From: Streblomastix strix
Lineage: Eukaryota
DNA: 38,310 bases
Direction of reading: 5' to 3'
NCBI GenBank assembly: GCA_008636045.1
Contig: SNRW01000033.1
Location: forward strand, 1-38,310
Shown: positions 13,001 through 27,021 of the stretch, in pieces
Numbering within the stretch: the stretch's first letter is position 1
How the letters are laid out: each line of letters opens with the position of its first letter
Notes under the pieces: model-generated
Databases searched by the model: none
What the model was told of the DNA's origin: nothing
Seen by the model: the letters and a program-made list of their open reading frames with translations, nothing else
Program-made: the position numbers and the translations under genes

Positions 13001-16000
13001 TATTGGACACGAACCACTCTTATCAATTGCTTCAGCTTCTTTGCTATTCTTCACTACTGAATCCGCTATAAGTGATAAGACTCCAGAAGAATTGGGTCAG
13101 TATAAAGCATAATTGGGTGTGAAACAGTGGACTTTTGATGCAGCTTTGTACGGGGAGACCAGAATTGTTGGGGAACGTGAAAGCCTTGAAGTAGTATTGG
13201 GATTAGCGAATGAAGCACTGAATGCTGTTGAAGATGCTTATTAGGATGGGAAATAGATCTGGGTTAAAGTAAGAAAAGGCGGAGCTAAGAAAGAAGAATT
13301 GATTTCTGAGAAAGAAGATGATTAAGTGTTGATTAAAGAAGATAAGAAGGTTAATTATTCTGAAATTAGCAACAATACTTTTACTTTGAAGACAGAGAAA
13401 GTTGATATTGAGTTCTTGAAACCACTATCTGATAGCGATGAAGAAGAAGAAGATGAAGATGATGAATATAAACAAGATAAAGATAAACTGGACATTGCAC
13501 CAAACCTGAAAAGAATGTCAGCATGTTTCGCATCTGATGGGCTTGTCTTCACACGCCGATCAATACCAATAGTTGTGAATGAAGGCTCGCTTAACTTGAA
13601 TGAAATTGCAGGCAACAACGAAGAGATTGAAGGGTACAAAGTCTCCATCCACAAGCTGATCAGCACAACTCTGCTTGCAAGTGGCGAGATATCACTGTCT
13701 ACAATTTCTAGAAAACGAGGCGATCAGGATGAATCAAACGCAGATGAAATCAAAGCTGATGATGTCCCCCCGATTCTTGCAACAACTAATCTTCAACTGC
13801 AATCCAGACACATCGCGCATGACTTCACAGCGAGGAAAACTGGGTTTAAATCGAAGTTATCAAAAGAATTACAAGGTATAGTAGTAGAAGCGCAATCTGG
13901 TAATGTTAGAGTTGGACTCTCGGACGCGAGATTGTCTTTCTTGACGCTTCTTATTGATAAACTGAGGAAACTGACTAGTGAAACAGAAGGAAGGAAGAAA
14001 AACGTCAATAAAGCAAAAGAGGAAGAAGAAAATCTAATAAACTCAATCTTATCTCTGCTTCATGCACCTACTCCAAGTTTATCATCAGGATCAGCATTTT
14101 CAGCAAAAGGATTCCTATCTCGACCTCTTACATTCGCATTCAGAACACAAGGAGCCAATTTTGCTTTCTATGCAAACTCACCTTATCCAGCGCTTGTATT
14201 TTCAACTGAGCTATTGAGCATAAGAACCCACAAAAGCATAACTAAACCCAATTAATATATACTCTCACAACCAACTGAAAAGACTGGATTGTCAGTTGTG
14301 ACCCACGGAGCTCAACTTCGAGTGTGTGGTGAAGTTATTATTAGCGGGCAAGAGATTGCTTTCACAAGTGACAACAAGTTCTATCCGTTATTATCACATC
14401 GTAATGAACCAGACAACATTGCAACAATTGGAGTTAAATCAGACTCGAAAACAGATAATTATGTAAATGCGTTACTTCTTCCGCCAGCACCAACTACTTT
14501 GATCCTAGCGCATCCACCATCATTTGGCGGAGTTGTTTCAGCTGCTCTTCCACTAAATGCAAATCCAACATCGTCAAATTAATTAATAATTGCTGAGCGT
14601 GCAGAGATACAAGTTAAATGGGTTGAAACGCACAGTTGGACAGGTGGAGCATCACATACTGAAGCTGCAGCATACTTTGACATTGAGACACTCGCAACAG
14701 ATCAAGAAATTGAAGGCGAAGAAAGAAAAGCTAAAGTTGGCACACTTTATGATGATTTGATCAAAGGTGCATAATCAGCTAAAGCTAAAGATAGAACAAA
14801 TGCAATGAAAGCATAAACAGCAAAGAAAAGAAAAGGGAAACGTGCAAGTGATGATTATGATCCATATGATCCAATTGAAAGAAACGATACTATATTAGTT
14901 TCTGTTGTTCGAACACAACCATTCATTCCAAACAATTAAACAGTAGCAGCATTATAATAAGGGAAATAGAATGATAATGAGAAGGATTAAGCTAGAAAGG
15001 ATTAATAAAGATAGAGTCTCCAAACTCAATTAGATATACTTGACGGTGAAGATTAGACTCAAAATGAACCAGAAACGAAAAGAAAGAAGTTATTACTATT
15101 GATTCTCCCATCAATTGCTGATAAAGACACCAAATCTGAAGATTCTGACGATGGATCCGATAATTATCCACTGACAGAAGCAGTTAATCCAAATGATGTT
15201 GATGAATGGGTTGAATGGGAATCGTACAAACAAGAGACCACACTTCGCGCAGTGAATGAAGAGAGAAGATGGACCACAGAGGAAGAGAAAGAAAGACAGA
15301 ACGAGAGAAAAAGGAAAGAAGAAGAAGACGATGAGAAAAGAAGATCACAGATTTGGGCAGTCGAAGAGAAAAGGATGGACGGATTCAGGAAGGTGCTTGA
15401 GAACTAGAGAAATACTGATTAGAGAGCTGAAGAGGCACTTCAGAAGGAGATTGTTGAAACAACAGCATAGATTGAAGCGCTTGAGAATGAAGACTTTGTT
15501 GTTGAAGCGATCAGTGATTCACAAGCGCTGTTAGAAAAAGCACTGTAAGCTAATATGGTTGTTCCACCTGACTAACTGCAATCTGTTGACGAATCACAAT
15601 CTGATGATCAGTTGGTTCGTGATGGAGATTCAAACTAATAATCCAACCCAATAATTCCAAATGGACCAACGAAAGAGGAGCTGAGAGAAATCAGAAAGAA
15701 TAAGATAATGGGTTTGCATAATGCATTGGAAGACAAGAAGACTAAGAGAATCGCTGATCATCAGTTACTTATAAAGAAAGAAGAAGAGGTTTAGAAAGAA
15801 GAAGACAGTTTTGCTGTTAGACTGAGAACGAGAGAAGCTGAAGTTGAAAAGGATAAATAGAAAGGAGCTGTTAGAACAATGGAAAGATAAGAGGAGAAAA
15901 CACAGTAAAACAAAAGGAGAATCCAAAAAGAGAAATTGCAAACAATTCTGAAAAGAATCGGACTTATTATCTCGCGAAGACAGCTTGTGACATCTCTTGC

Positions 16001-19000
16001 ACAAGCAGTTGGATTATAAGCAATTCACAAACATTGGATTCCAAATACTAAATATATAGAGAATGAGTTTGATTTACTTTAAGAAAGAGAATTTGGAAAG
16101 AAATAAGGATTTGCAGTTGCAGATAAAATAATTGCAGAAGCTGTAGAACGTGGAATTCTTTCTGAATGGGAAGCTAAACTTGGCAAAGAAGCCGACTAAT
16201 TATTTGGATCAGATTCAAATGAAAGAGATTATGCTGAACTTGCATTGCAAAGAGCAAAAGCTAAATAACTGGGTCAATTTGGAAGCTCCAGGATTTTGGG
16301 AGCTGACGACAGTGATTTTGAACCAAATGGACCTCTTGATGGCATGAAGAAACCAAACGCACTGATTGGGCTTCGAAATTTGAAAGTTCTGATTCCACTT
16401 GATCTTAACTTTGAATCTCCTCTTCAAGTATCAATCGAATCAGTCAAGAAAATATTCTCATTCTGGAGCAAAGATAAAGGCAAGAAAGAAAACAAACCAG
16501 AAACAGAAAACGAAGATGAAAATGATTACAACGAACCATTCACTTTCGCTGCCGATGTACAAGGACTCACAGTTGGTGTATTGGACACCTGTATAGCGTC
16601 ATTCCTGACCCACAAATCCATCGCACACTTCATATCAACTGGTGTCCGTGACTTCCAAGAGGAAGAAGGCGAAGGAGGAAGAGTTCCTGGAGCTGGTCAG
16701 TTGGCTAAGTGTGATACAGGGCTTCGTAGGTACATCCAAGTCCTTGATGTGATCAGAGATGATTCAAAGTCGTCGATCGATGGTATTGGCGCTGGAACGA
16801 AGAGTGAAGATGAGAAGTTGAAAGATGAGATAATGAAGAGAGCAAAAGACGAGAAGAAACTTCAGGAAAAATAAGCGTAGCGAGCTGCAGCTGCGGCTAA
16901 GAAAGGAAGCAAAAGGGCAACATTTGCAGGAACAGTTCCACCACTGAAACAAGAAAGTTCAATAGAAAAGAATTTAGATGAAAAATTGAATGCGTAATAA
17001 ATAAGGAGTAATAAACCGTTACCTCCATATGAGCTTGATGAATCAGCATAAGACTATGTTGATGATATTCGTGCACCAGCTGCTCATTTAGTTACAAGTG
17101 CAACAAGGATTCCTGCTTTCTTAGGATCAAATCCTTCCTATCATCCAAGATCAATACTATTCGCTCTTGCTGTTTAATCATTGAAAACACATCTCCTCAT
17201 CAAATTAAACAGCTTAGACAAAAATCTTAACAGTCAAAGGAGTTTCAATCGATCATAACTTGTATTTTCTGGAAGTGCAGAATAAGTGTAATTGGTTTCA
17301 TAGATAACAACACAAGGGCATAAAGTATTTGACTCTGAGAAGATTGAGATTGCGTCAATATTGACATATAATGAGAGATAGTTCAAAATTGATAATGCTA
17401 GACTTTATATAGAAAAGCCACTTATTGTTGCTTCATCATTTGACATCAACTTGTATTTAGCGATTCCCAACTGGATTGACGACGCCAAACAAAGAATAAT
17501 CTTCGCAGTTGATCAAATCACATCACTCCAAATTTCATCCCATCACAAACATAATGAAACATCATCATCTTCATCTCGCACCTCAATACAGAATCTATTT
17601 TCATTCTCACCACAATTCCGATTTGCAGTTTATTTGAAGTAAATAACACTTGCTTTACCTTTTGGTGCTTCTCATCCAATCTTGTCTGACAGAGATGCAT
17701 TAGACAAGAAATACAACTTCAATAATCCTTTCGCTGCAACCATTCATTTAGATCAACTTATTGCTGCATTCTCAAAAGAGGAAGATTAAAAAATAATATA
17801 TGCTCGAACTGATGGACTATCATTAACAGCTTCAACCAAACCAGCAACTTCAATATTCGATGAAAAGGATAAAGATAACTAACCAATCATTCTTATAAGA
17901 AAAGATAAAGGAAATGAAATCACAGCTGAAAATCCTGGTGTTTCTGCATTCTTCATTCCACGACTCACACTGAACTCATCATATGATAAGAACAACGTAT
18001 CATTAAACTTTAATGCTGAATCGCTTAATCACAATGATCCAGTATTTGAGATATCTCTTCCAATATTAGCTTTCTTCACACATCTGATTCAAGATTATAT
18101 AGTTCGCATCAAACGTTCTCCATTACCTGTTGCTTATAAATTAAAAAGAGAGATAAAACTAAGAGCATCATAAGATAGCGAGGTTGTTGAGAATACAAGC
18201 TATGCATTTGGAATCAAGTTCAATAGCCTTTCTGGTGTTGTTACATCAAGCGAACTTCTTCTTACTGGCAATGTATTTGACAAGTTGAGCATTTCAGGTA
18301 CAAAAGATGATGCAGAGAAAAGAGCTCTGAAACGCGCTGAGAGACGCCGTGAAGAGATTGTGAAGTAAAATGAGAAGAGAAGGAGACTTGAAGAAGCAGC
18401 AAAAAAAGGAGGATTGTCTGAAGAGGAGAAACGAGCATAACGTAAAGGTGTAGATAATACCATTCCATCTGCTCGTATTGTTGTTGCATTACCAGCGATA
18501 ACAGTTGAAACTAAAGTGCATCTTGAAGGAGAACTTGTAGAACAAACTATAAGAATTCTTGAAGAATCACCAGAAGAAATTGTTGAAGTCAAGAAACCTA
18601 AAAATCAACCATAAGTAGCACCAAAGACAATTGAATAACAACTTCCTCCAATATTTATTGAATCACTTAAAATTGATGATCTTAAGATTGAAGTAGCTGA
18701 AATTTTAGTTTTAGTATCTGATACAAAGACAATTGATAGATTAGTTTCTCAAAAGAAGGAGAGTCAACAATAATTGATAACATTCCCTGCATCAACAACT
18801 AATGGACCAGAAGCTGGAACTTTCTAAGAAAAGGCTGATAAATTGATTCCGAGAGATTTAATTAATGAAAAAGCAAACAAATTTGTTTATTAGACACAAT
18901 ATGTTCCATTGGTTGAGAGATACTGTGTTTGGAATTTCACGAAAATTGAGATAAGATAATCTGGCGAAGACCCTGAACTCAAAATCAGTGCAGAAACAGC

Positions 19001-21170
19001 ATCTTTATAATTCACTCCTCAATCATTATCAACATGTCTCACACTCTATTAGATGTTTAGTTTCATCAATGAATCATTGCATCGTCACAATCTCTAAACA
19101 AATACATAAGAGCTCTACACTGGACGCGTTAAGCCTAAAAGTGGGAACATCTCAACATTCAAAAGACAACCACACGATAAACTACTGCAAGTGTCAGTTA
19201 GTGGTGTTACTAAGATTGAAGCTGTAGATGGTCTTGATGATGAATCTTTTGATCCATCAGAAGAAGGAGTAGTTCTCTATTTGCCACATTGGAATGCGAA
19301 CTTGGTTAGATTGTTTGGAGCGAAATCATCTAAAGGAGAATAACTTGATGAGATTGTTTTGAGATTGAAGACTTTTAAAGGATAAGAAGATGATCAATCT
19401 GTTATAGCACTTGACTTTATTGAAGAGATTGATTAGGATGAAGATGAGATTGATGATGACAAAGATGATGAAGACGAAGACGGTAATAAGAAAAGATCTC
19501 CAACCAAACTGATTCATGCAGCTACAATTCCAGGAGATTTCTCAATTACTGCTGTTCTTCTCTGTGGGCAAACTATGCCTAAAGATGAAGTACGTGACAC
19601 ATACACTGTTGCAATAGATGAATTCTAATTGTCGATCATTGATGACAACTTAGATCAATTCATCAAAATGGCTTTTGAAGATTATCGCGAGGCATATCGT
19701 GCACATACTCATCCACGTAACACTGGCAGATTAACACGAGCATTACCTCTTCCATTCTCATTCTTACCATTCCATGTAAATCACATCTTAGCGAACACTC
19801 CAAAATACAGAGATACCAAGATGTATGATAAGATCACTGGAGATGGATAGTTTAATAAGGATGACTTTGCTAATATCGATCTGAAAAGTCTTCGATATCA
19901 GATTTTCTCAGGAATTCGTGGAAGAGTGATTGGTAATGGATCTGTAGCACAATAGGAGATGTTGTTTGCTAAAGTGTGCTTTGATACATTAGTTGCACAT
20001 TTAGAAGATGAAAGTGGTGAGATATCACAAGTACTTGAAGAAAGTATTGTTAAAGCGAGCACAGCATATGACTTTGGTGTTTCGTAATACAAGACATCAA
20101 TAACTACAGTTCCAGGAGCATCATAAAGTAGTGCCAATGCAAATGAAACAAATAAACCTGAGAAACCAATGACATCAAAGAGTATCCCTGTGGCCAAAGC
20201 AATTCAAGAACTGTTTGAGAACCGATCACGAACTGACTAGTTCTTTATACACCACATGAAACTAGTTGGATTTCGTGTGTTATTGCGCCCACCTCCTAAA
20301 CAGGCAGGCGCGAGTGATGGAAAAGCAAATGAATCAGATAGACCATAACAAATAAATGCTACAGCAAATAAAAGTAATACACCGTCAAATCAATTAACTA
20401 CGGATTAATTAAATGATTCATAACTCACATCACGCTCTGAAGCATCTGATTGGTTATTGAATTAGGATTAAGATAGTGGATTGGATGATACATAATAATA
20501 AAGAACAGGAAGTGGATCTTTAACTGCACCACTGTTTGTGTTTGTTATCTAAATTAAGAAAGCATAAGTCATTGCAACTGAAGCATCTGAAGTTAGAAAT
20601 GATAAATCGTAATAGCCTTATGTTAATAACCTTATCTTTAAATTGGCAACAGCTGCTCCAGAACCTCCTGCATTCTTATTTGAAGTTGAAGATTCCAAAT
20701 TGAATGAGACACTTAGAAAACCAGATATATTAGATGATCCTGAATTTTATGGAACAATAGAAGTTTGATTTATAAAATAATAAAATTCTATTTAAATTAA
20801 AGAAATCTATTATTTAATTATTATTACTTTAATTTGTTTAATATTTCAGGTTGAAGAAGACTTAGACAAATATGATCCAGATCTGACTTTCAAAGAAACA
20901 CCAATAGGCGAAGAACCTCCCGTTGAAGAAGAGAAAAAAGCTGAGAAAGACAAAGAAAAGGAGAAGGAAGAAGATGAATAAAGGGAGGCCATACGACCAA
21001 AAGCACCTCCGCGAGACAGAAAACTGTATGTGACGGCCATTGGCGTCGAGTCTGACGATCTTATTGCTTATGCATTCACTCGTCTGTATGGATCATTGAT
21101 ACACAACTCTGAATGGAAGGCTGAATATGAGAAGAATCCTGAAGGTGAAGAAACTAAGAAAGAAAACTGA
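10031..21170 (+). CDS. Giant, about 3625-aa protein with an N-terminal transmembrane anchor; candidate bridge-like lipid transfer protein (RBG superfamily, BLTP2/Hobbit/Fmp27-like)
   Basis: Exons 10031-10113, 10197-10311, 10404-20762 and 20850-21170, all GT-AG. The track ORFs at 10644, 12885, 13326, 14289, 15099, 16296, 17451 and 19629 share one frame and join through TAA/TAG. N-terminus MVNLFKWLFWSSLTAIGVMVAVFIIE is hydrophobic. Alternating beta-strand runs and helices are separated by acidic or coiled insertions. The gene structure is solid; the family call is pattern-based only (about 0.5). Confidence 0.85.
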
Positions 21171-22856
21171 TTATAAATTAATTGATATTTATTTTATATT
21201 TGAAATGATAACTAAGGAGATATGAATAACAATTAATAATTCACTCGTAAATTCTTTCTTTTTTTAGTTACCATAGAATCACGTATCACCTATATATCAT
21301 TTTAACATAAATATAACAACTTAAAAAAAATAAATATTTGCTTATAATTTTTAACTTATTTCAAGTGTACTGAGAATTTAAATGTGTTTCGAAGAAATTT
21401 AAATAATTTTCACAACCTCTGCTCAAGATTTCCTAAGATTGAAACTGAATTTGAACAAAATTAGTGTAAAATATTGGGTAAAAATCTGAATTGACTTCAA
21501 AAATGTACAATGGGTCATATTTAGAAAAACGTGATATACATTATGAGGCAGAGATAAGAAAAATGGAACTGAAAATGTGCGCTCCGCCCCCGAAATTAAT
21601 TAAAATTAAGGTATTAAAATAATAATTGATGCCTAAATCAGAAGAAAAAAATAGTGAATTTTTTGACATAACTATTTGTTTAAATGCTTCCAATTTTCTG
21701 AAAATTTATTTGAATCAAGGGTGAATGAAAGAAAACATTTATGACTTAATTTAATTATTATTATAAATAAAGTTGGAACAGAAAATTTGAAAAAAAACAG
21801 CCCGATTTATAAATGTATCATGTTTATTTGTTGTAAATGCCAAAATAATTTGTATAAACGCATAAATGATTTGTTTTATTAAATTAGGTCAGTCAGCATG
21901 CAATTTTTTTCTTGTATGTCAAATCTGCCGATTAATAATAATTAAAAATATATAATTGTATAGTTAAATCCAATAAAAATATAAATATAATAAATTAACT
22001 TGATTTAAATAGTTTATTGTTGAATACATTATGCAAAAAAGTCGTTTTATTTCTGAAATTTCTTAAAATGATTCCGAAGCAGCGAAGCAGTAAATGATGT
22101 CAATTGTTATAATATTGGCTTTATATTTGCAGAAAAATAAAAGAAATAATGTTAATTATGCAAATTAAAATTTAGATGTTACTAAATCTGTTCATATAAA
22201 ATCAGCTTATGAAAGTTGTCCTTATTTTTGGTCATAAATGTCATTTTAATTACATAAATTTAATAATTTTACATTTATCACTGAGAATAATGCAATTTAT
22301 TAACATTTACAATATAATTCTTAAATCCTATATTTTTACACAAAAAATAAAAAGCTTTCAGTTTCCCAAAAACTTTAAAGTTAACATATATCAAAGAGTT
22401 CAAAAACCTATGAGACTTTGGTCTTAGTTCAATAATTTATTAATAACTCAATAATGACACTTTATATATATTTATTTGAACTTTTCATAATGCTCAAATT
22501 TTAACTCAATGTAGAATAATTTATACATATTAATTGAATGCAATTAGTCCTGCTTCCTTATTATTTGTTAAATTATTTGGTCTGATAAAAATTCTCGCTC
22601 AATATATGTATATTACATCAAATGTAAAATTTCATTTCAGTTTTGATTAAATAAAGTGCTAATATTTCATGTAATACAGCCATTTCAAAAAAATCAAATT
22701 TTGGAAATTTCTAAAACTCTAATAAAGGTCCAGCCTTTACCCAATTTTATGGCACAAAAAATGTATTTGTAAGCATATTGGATTCAATTAATGATGAATG
22801 ATTGTCCGTTTAAAGAAAAAATTAAATGGATTTTTTAAAAAAAAATTATAAATTGT

Positions 22857-23487
22857 TAAATATGTACAAACTAACTTCAATGAACAAAAAAACAGACACA
22901 TTTGCACTAAAAATACAAAATAAATAAAATTTAAAAAATTTAAATATTTAAAACAAATTATTATAATTATTATAATTATTTATTCCAGGAATAAATTCCC
23001 AAAGATTTTAAACTTTTGAATTTAATTTTTAAATTTTAATCAAAATTGTCACATATTTTTCTTTACTATCTTGATCTTCTTGCTCAGATTAGTAATTATC
23101 AAGCTGGCTGAAGCAAAAATTGATGAAGGAAAGAAACATATGATTGAGAGTTGGACAAAAGATCTAAAGATGCAAGTGCTAGAGAATTAGGTTTTGCAAC
23201 AGAAGGATTCAATTAGAAGAATGAGCACTTAAATAGATTCATAGAAAGATCCAATTTTTATTGCATTATTTAATAATGATGATGCCTAAATTCTGATATT
23301 TTTTGGAGAGGCTTATTTAGTAACTAGGTAGAGAAACATAGGTAAGTAAATAGATGTTCTTATTCTAAATAATTTCAATGAAAAAAGTTGTTTATTAATG
23401 GAAATAAACTGAGAAGAAATGGAGCTAACCAATTCATTGAAAAATTTGCAAATGTACTCCAAATATTGAAAATTCACACAATCAGTC
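22857..23487. repeat. Copy A of a locally repeated segment (decayed helical-repeat gene fragment on the minus strand plus AT-rich flank)
   Basis: Collinear with 25840-26637 (e.g. TGCTCAGATTAGTAAYTATCAAGCTGGYTGAAGCAAAAATTGATGAAGGAAAGAAACATATGATTG). It lacks 120 bp present in copy B. Confidence 0.9.
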
Positions 23488-24179
23488 GAGAGTTTAAAAT
23501 AACCATAAATTTAATTTTACTTATAATAAATTTCTTCCATGTTATGCTCTTCCAACATCTCCCATAAAATTATGAGTTAAATTGGTGAGAAAATGGCCCA
23601 TTTGACTCCTCTGGTTAAACGCAGAGTCTCTAGCTCAAATTATAATACGCACACAAATAATTGATTTAATACGTTTTAAAAACATGATTGATTATATATA
23701 TAATTTCATCCTAGTTTTATCAGTCCAACCTCTTCCATAAGATTTTAAACTTCGAAATTAATGTAACTAATAAGTTATAATTAAATTTTTTTATTAAAAC
23801 GATTGTTAATCATTATGAAAATAATTAATGCTTGCTGGATATAATTTTAAAATTAATTTTACAATATTTAATGATTTAAGCTTGAAAGGGGTAAAAATAA
23901 ATGAAATTAGATAAAATGAACCGTTAGCAAATTTAATTGAAAAAAATTTTGATACTGAAAATATAGCCTACTCGCTATCGGCAGTATCATAGAGTTCAGA
24001 AGGTATAGAGATAAGATCCCTTATTTAAAAAAATGGAAATGGACTCTGTAACCCAGGAGAAACTGTAGCACAAATTATTATACGGCTACGTAATTTTTAT
24101 TCTGCGAAATTCGAGCCTCTTTTTCTTCCGATTGTTGTAGCAAAGCGATATCTTATATCCATTTAAAGCGTCGCCTCGT

Positions 24180-25541
24180 CCATTTTAAAGAATCCTCTCG
24201 GTTTTTCATTTTATAGAAATTCATCCATGCAAATATCTCTAAATTATATCTTAATATGGGCATTTCCGCCTTCAAGTGACATCAACACAAAATTATTATA
24301 AAAATGTTTAAAATAATTTTAGAAACAATTTTCATAAATGACATTGTATTTTTCATTATATTGTATTAAAACTTATTTTATATTTTTTTAAATTACATTT
24401 ATCACGAAATACTACAGTTTTCGCGGCAAGGGCGGTAGAAATTTGATTTTTTTATTTTTATTATTTTTTTACGGTTGTTTCAATTGTACTTATTGTTCTT
24501 TTGTTTTATATTTTTAATTTATATTATTTATAGCTATTTAATAATAAAAAACCCATAAATTTGTAGTTGTGCGTTGTATAAAAACATTTTTTATATTTTT
24601 TTTTGCAAATTTAGCGTATCTCTTAAAACATAAAATAAAACTATTGATAAAAACAGTAATTACATAATATTTATTTATTTAATTTACCAAAAATGAAGTG
24701 TTTGCATCAGTGTATGGCGCAAAAAACAAAAAAATATCAAAATTTGTTGATTTATGCTCCCACTGCCACAAAAAAATATCAAATTTGTAATTATTGTACC
24801 AGAAATATTTTTATGAATTAATATTAATATAAATAATAAACTTATGTAACATTCCTGCGGCATTAAAATCAGGATTATTTTTTTCGCACTTTTTTCTAGA
24901 TGTGCAAAATTAAGTTTTTTTACATTTACGAAAAATGTTTCTAAAATTATTTTTAAGATGTTTAAATAAAAAAATAATACTCGTTGGTTCTGAGCGAAAC
25001 CATCCATATTAAACGAGTATAAAGCATCAACGCAATTGGCAGCTATTTCATTAGATGGTGAAAATGAAATTATATGTTAATTTATAAATCATATTATATA
25101 AGAATAACTTGGAGGAAGGACCGGGACCGATTTAGTTAAAGTTATAATTCTTCGTTTCTCATTTAATACTATCGATTGTTTATTAATATTTCAGTAATTG
25201 ATAGCCCAATCTTTAAAGAATTTGTGATTTTTGTAGCCAATTTTTGTTGCCGTTCGATTGTGTTATACATGCGGTATTTTGAATGTCCTTCAATATATTA
25301 AGTAGCACAACAGTAACAGTTTGCTGTATCATTAATTTTTCTTACATTAACGCCATATTTACTAATAGGAAAAGTGGGTTACCCTGGAAAATCATGTACG
25401 CATGTTAAAATCAATGTAGAAAGCGCCAAATTGTTTCGACGAGAATTTAGTGCTTAAGTGCTTCTGATTGGTAATTTTCGTGCCATATATGTAAGTTAAT
25501 AGTATAAAATATATTTTAGACCTAAAAATGAAGAACTTTGA
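24180..25541 (+). mobile_element. Decayed hAT-like transposase remnant, copy 1 (interrupted by a 748-bp insertion)
   Basis: 25200-25541 reads DSPIFKEFVIFVANFCCRSIVLYMRYFECPSIYQVAQQQ...VKINVESAKLFRREFSAQVLLIG, resembling the hAT dimerisation/DNA-binding region (V.sp.Fk.f...f..PSr..v) and the first RNase H strand. It is frameshifted, and its upstream part is homologous to 28560-28780. Confidence 0.45.
24258..25005. mobile_element. 748-bp non-autonomous DNA element (MITE-like) with 4-bp ATAT target-site duplication and degenerate GG...CC terminal inverted repeats
   Basis: ATAT at 24254-24257 and 25006-25009. Removing the insert plus one ATAT restores gap-free collinearity with the paralogous empty site at about 28612-28666. 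Left end GGGCATTTCCGCC; reverse complement of right end GGATGGTTTCGCT. Confidence 0.75.
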
Positions 25542-25839
25542 TATTTATGCTCATACTCATATGTTTTACATTTAATTCATCAAATAAGGTCATTTGCAAA
25601 CTGGGAACTGCTAGCAAACAACAAATCGTAAAATTTCAATTAGACTATAACAATATTACTCATTTTGATGGATAATTACATATTTTGGACGCGGTAATAT
25701 TTAGATTAAAATTTTGTCTTTCCAATAAACAAAAAATTTAAAGTAAATCATTTAATAAACATTTTAGATCATTCTGAAAACATACTTCAAAAGATTACAA
25801 TAATATTTCATTTATTTTCTCCGGTATATCTTGTATTAT

Positions 25840-26637
25840 TAAATATGTATGAAATAAATTTAATGAACTAAAAAACAGAAACATTAAGATTAAGAATATT
25901 AAATAATTTAAACTTAAAAAAATTAATTATTTAAATTAAATAATCAAAATTATTTTTAAATCAATTTTTTGATAAAATAAATGTTAACTAGAATTAAATC
26001 AATAATTATTTATTCCAAGAATAAATTTTCAAAGATTGTAAACTTTCGAGTTTAATTTTTAAAAAATAATCAAAATTGTCAGAGGTTTTTCTTTACTTTA
26101 TTGATCATCATGCTCAGATTAGTAACTATCAAGCTGGTTGAAGCAAAAATTGATGAAGGAAAGAAACATATGATTGGTTGTTGGACAATGTATATAAAGA
26201 TGCAAATGCTTGAGAATCAGATTTTGCAACAGAAGGATATGATTAGAATAATGAGCACTTAAATAGATTTGTAGAAAGATCCAATTTTTATTGCAGAATG
26301 TTATAGTCGATAATCCTCAACTGATTTAATTATTAGAAAAGTTGAATTTATAATTAAAAGCCTTTATTTGGTATTGCAACAGAAATTGGAATTCTGTTCA
26401 GTAGAAGATTGTGCATTAATTAATATTGATGATACCTAAATTCTAATATTTATTGGATATGCTTATTTAATAACTACGTAGAGAAGCATATGTAAGTAAA
26501 AAGAAATTCTTACTCTAAGAAATTTGTAGTGAAGGAATTTGATTATAAATAAAAAAAACTGAGAAAAAATGGAGTTGACCAATTCATTGAAAAATTTGCA
26601 AATATACTCCATATATCGAAAATGCACACAATCAATC
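25840..26637. repeat. Copy B of the locally repeated segment
   Basis: Direct-orientation similarity to 22857-23487 and, over its first 280 bp or so, to 27572-27855. Confidence 0.9.
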
Positions 26638-27021
26638 TTTATTTTAGTATTTAAACCTCATTTGGATCAGTTTTGAGTAATAATTATAGAATTTACATAA
26701 TTTTGCAGCATAACAATCCATTTCTTATAGTTTTACTCTGATTTTATAATAAAATATAATTTAATAAAAAAGAAAATATTTGCAATTAAATATATTTGTA
26801 ATACCTTTTGAAGAAGTCGAACTAACTTCAATATATCGTCTAACGTTAGATCTGAAGGTTCTGAGTCTGCTACCCATTAATCCGATTAAGTGATCTGTCA
26901 TTATCGAAGCTATATAAATGGAATTAATTTCTAAATAAATTGTAAAATATATACCATAATCTCCTGTTTACCTTCAGCTGATAATATATTTTCAAGTTTG
27001 GAATTTAGTAATTGTTTGCAT
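26079..27021 (-). pseudogene. Decayed spliced gene of the helical (ARM-like) repeat family
   Basis: Minus-strand fragments KLENILSAEGKQEIM|gt, WVADSEPSDLTLDDILKLVRLLQK|gt and ...QHSAIKIGSFYKSIQV... The last resembles AAVVLGILLRAQDI and AAIGISCIHKNYLI of the 4548-8990 gene. Several frameshifts and TGAs are present. Confidence 0.5.

Noticed and set aside
10404..20762. General UGA=Trp recoding
   Set aside because: Trp is encoded by TGG in this exon and at conserved AKR positions, no internal TGA was found in about 3450 codons, and TGA ends every complete gene.
10769..21040. Many minus-strand and off-frame ORFs in the supplied track
   Set aside because: They are antisense or alternate-frame shadows of the single giant plus-strand CDS.
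26110..26532. Plus-strand ORF of about 140 codons (MLRLVTIKLVEAK...) in repeat copy B
   Set aside because: Long open frames arise easily with a single stop codon. Copy A lacks the ATG, and the family-like motif and splice sites are on the minus strand.
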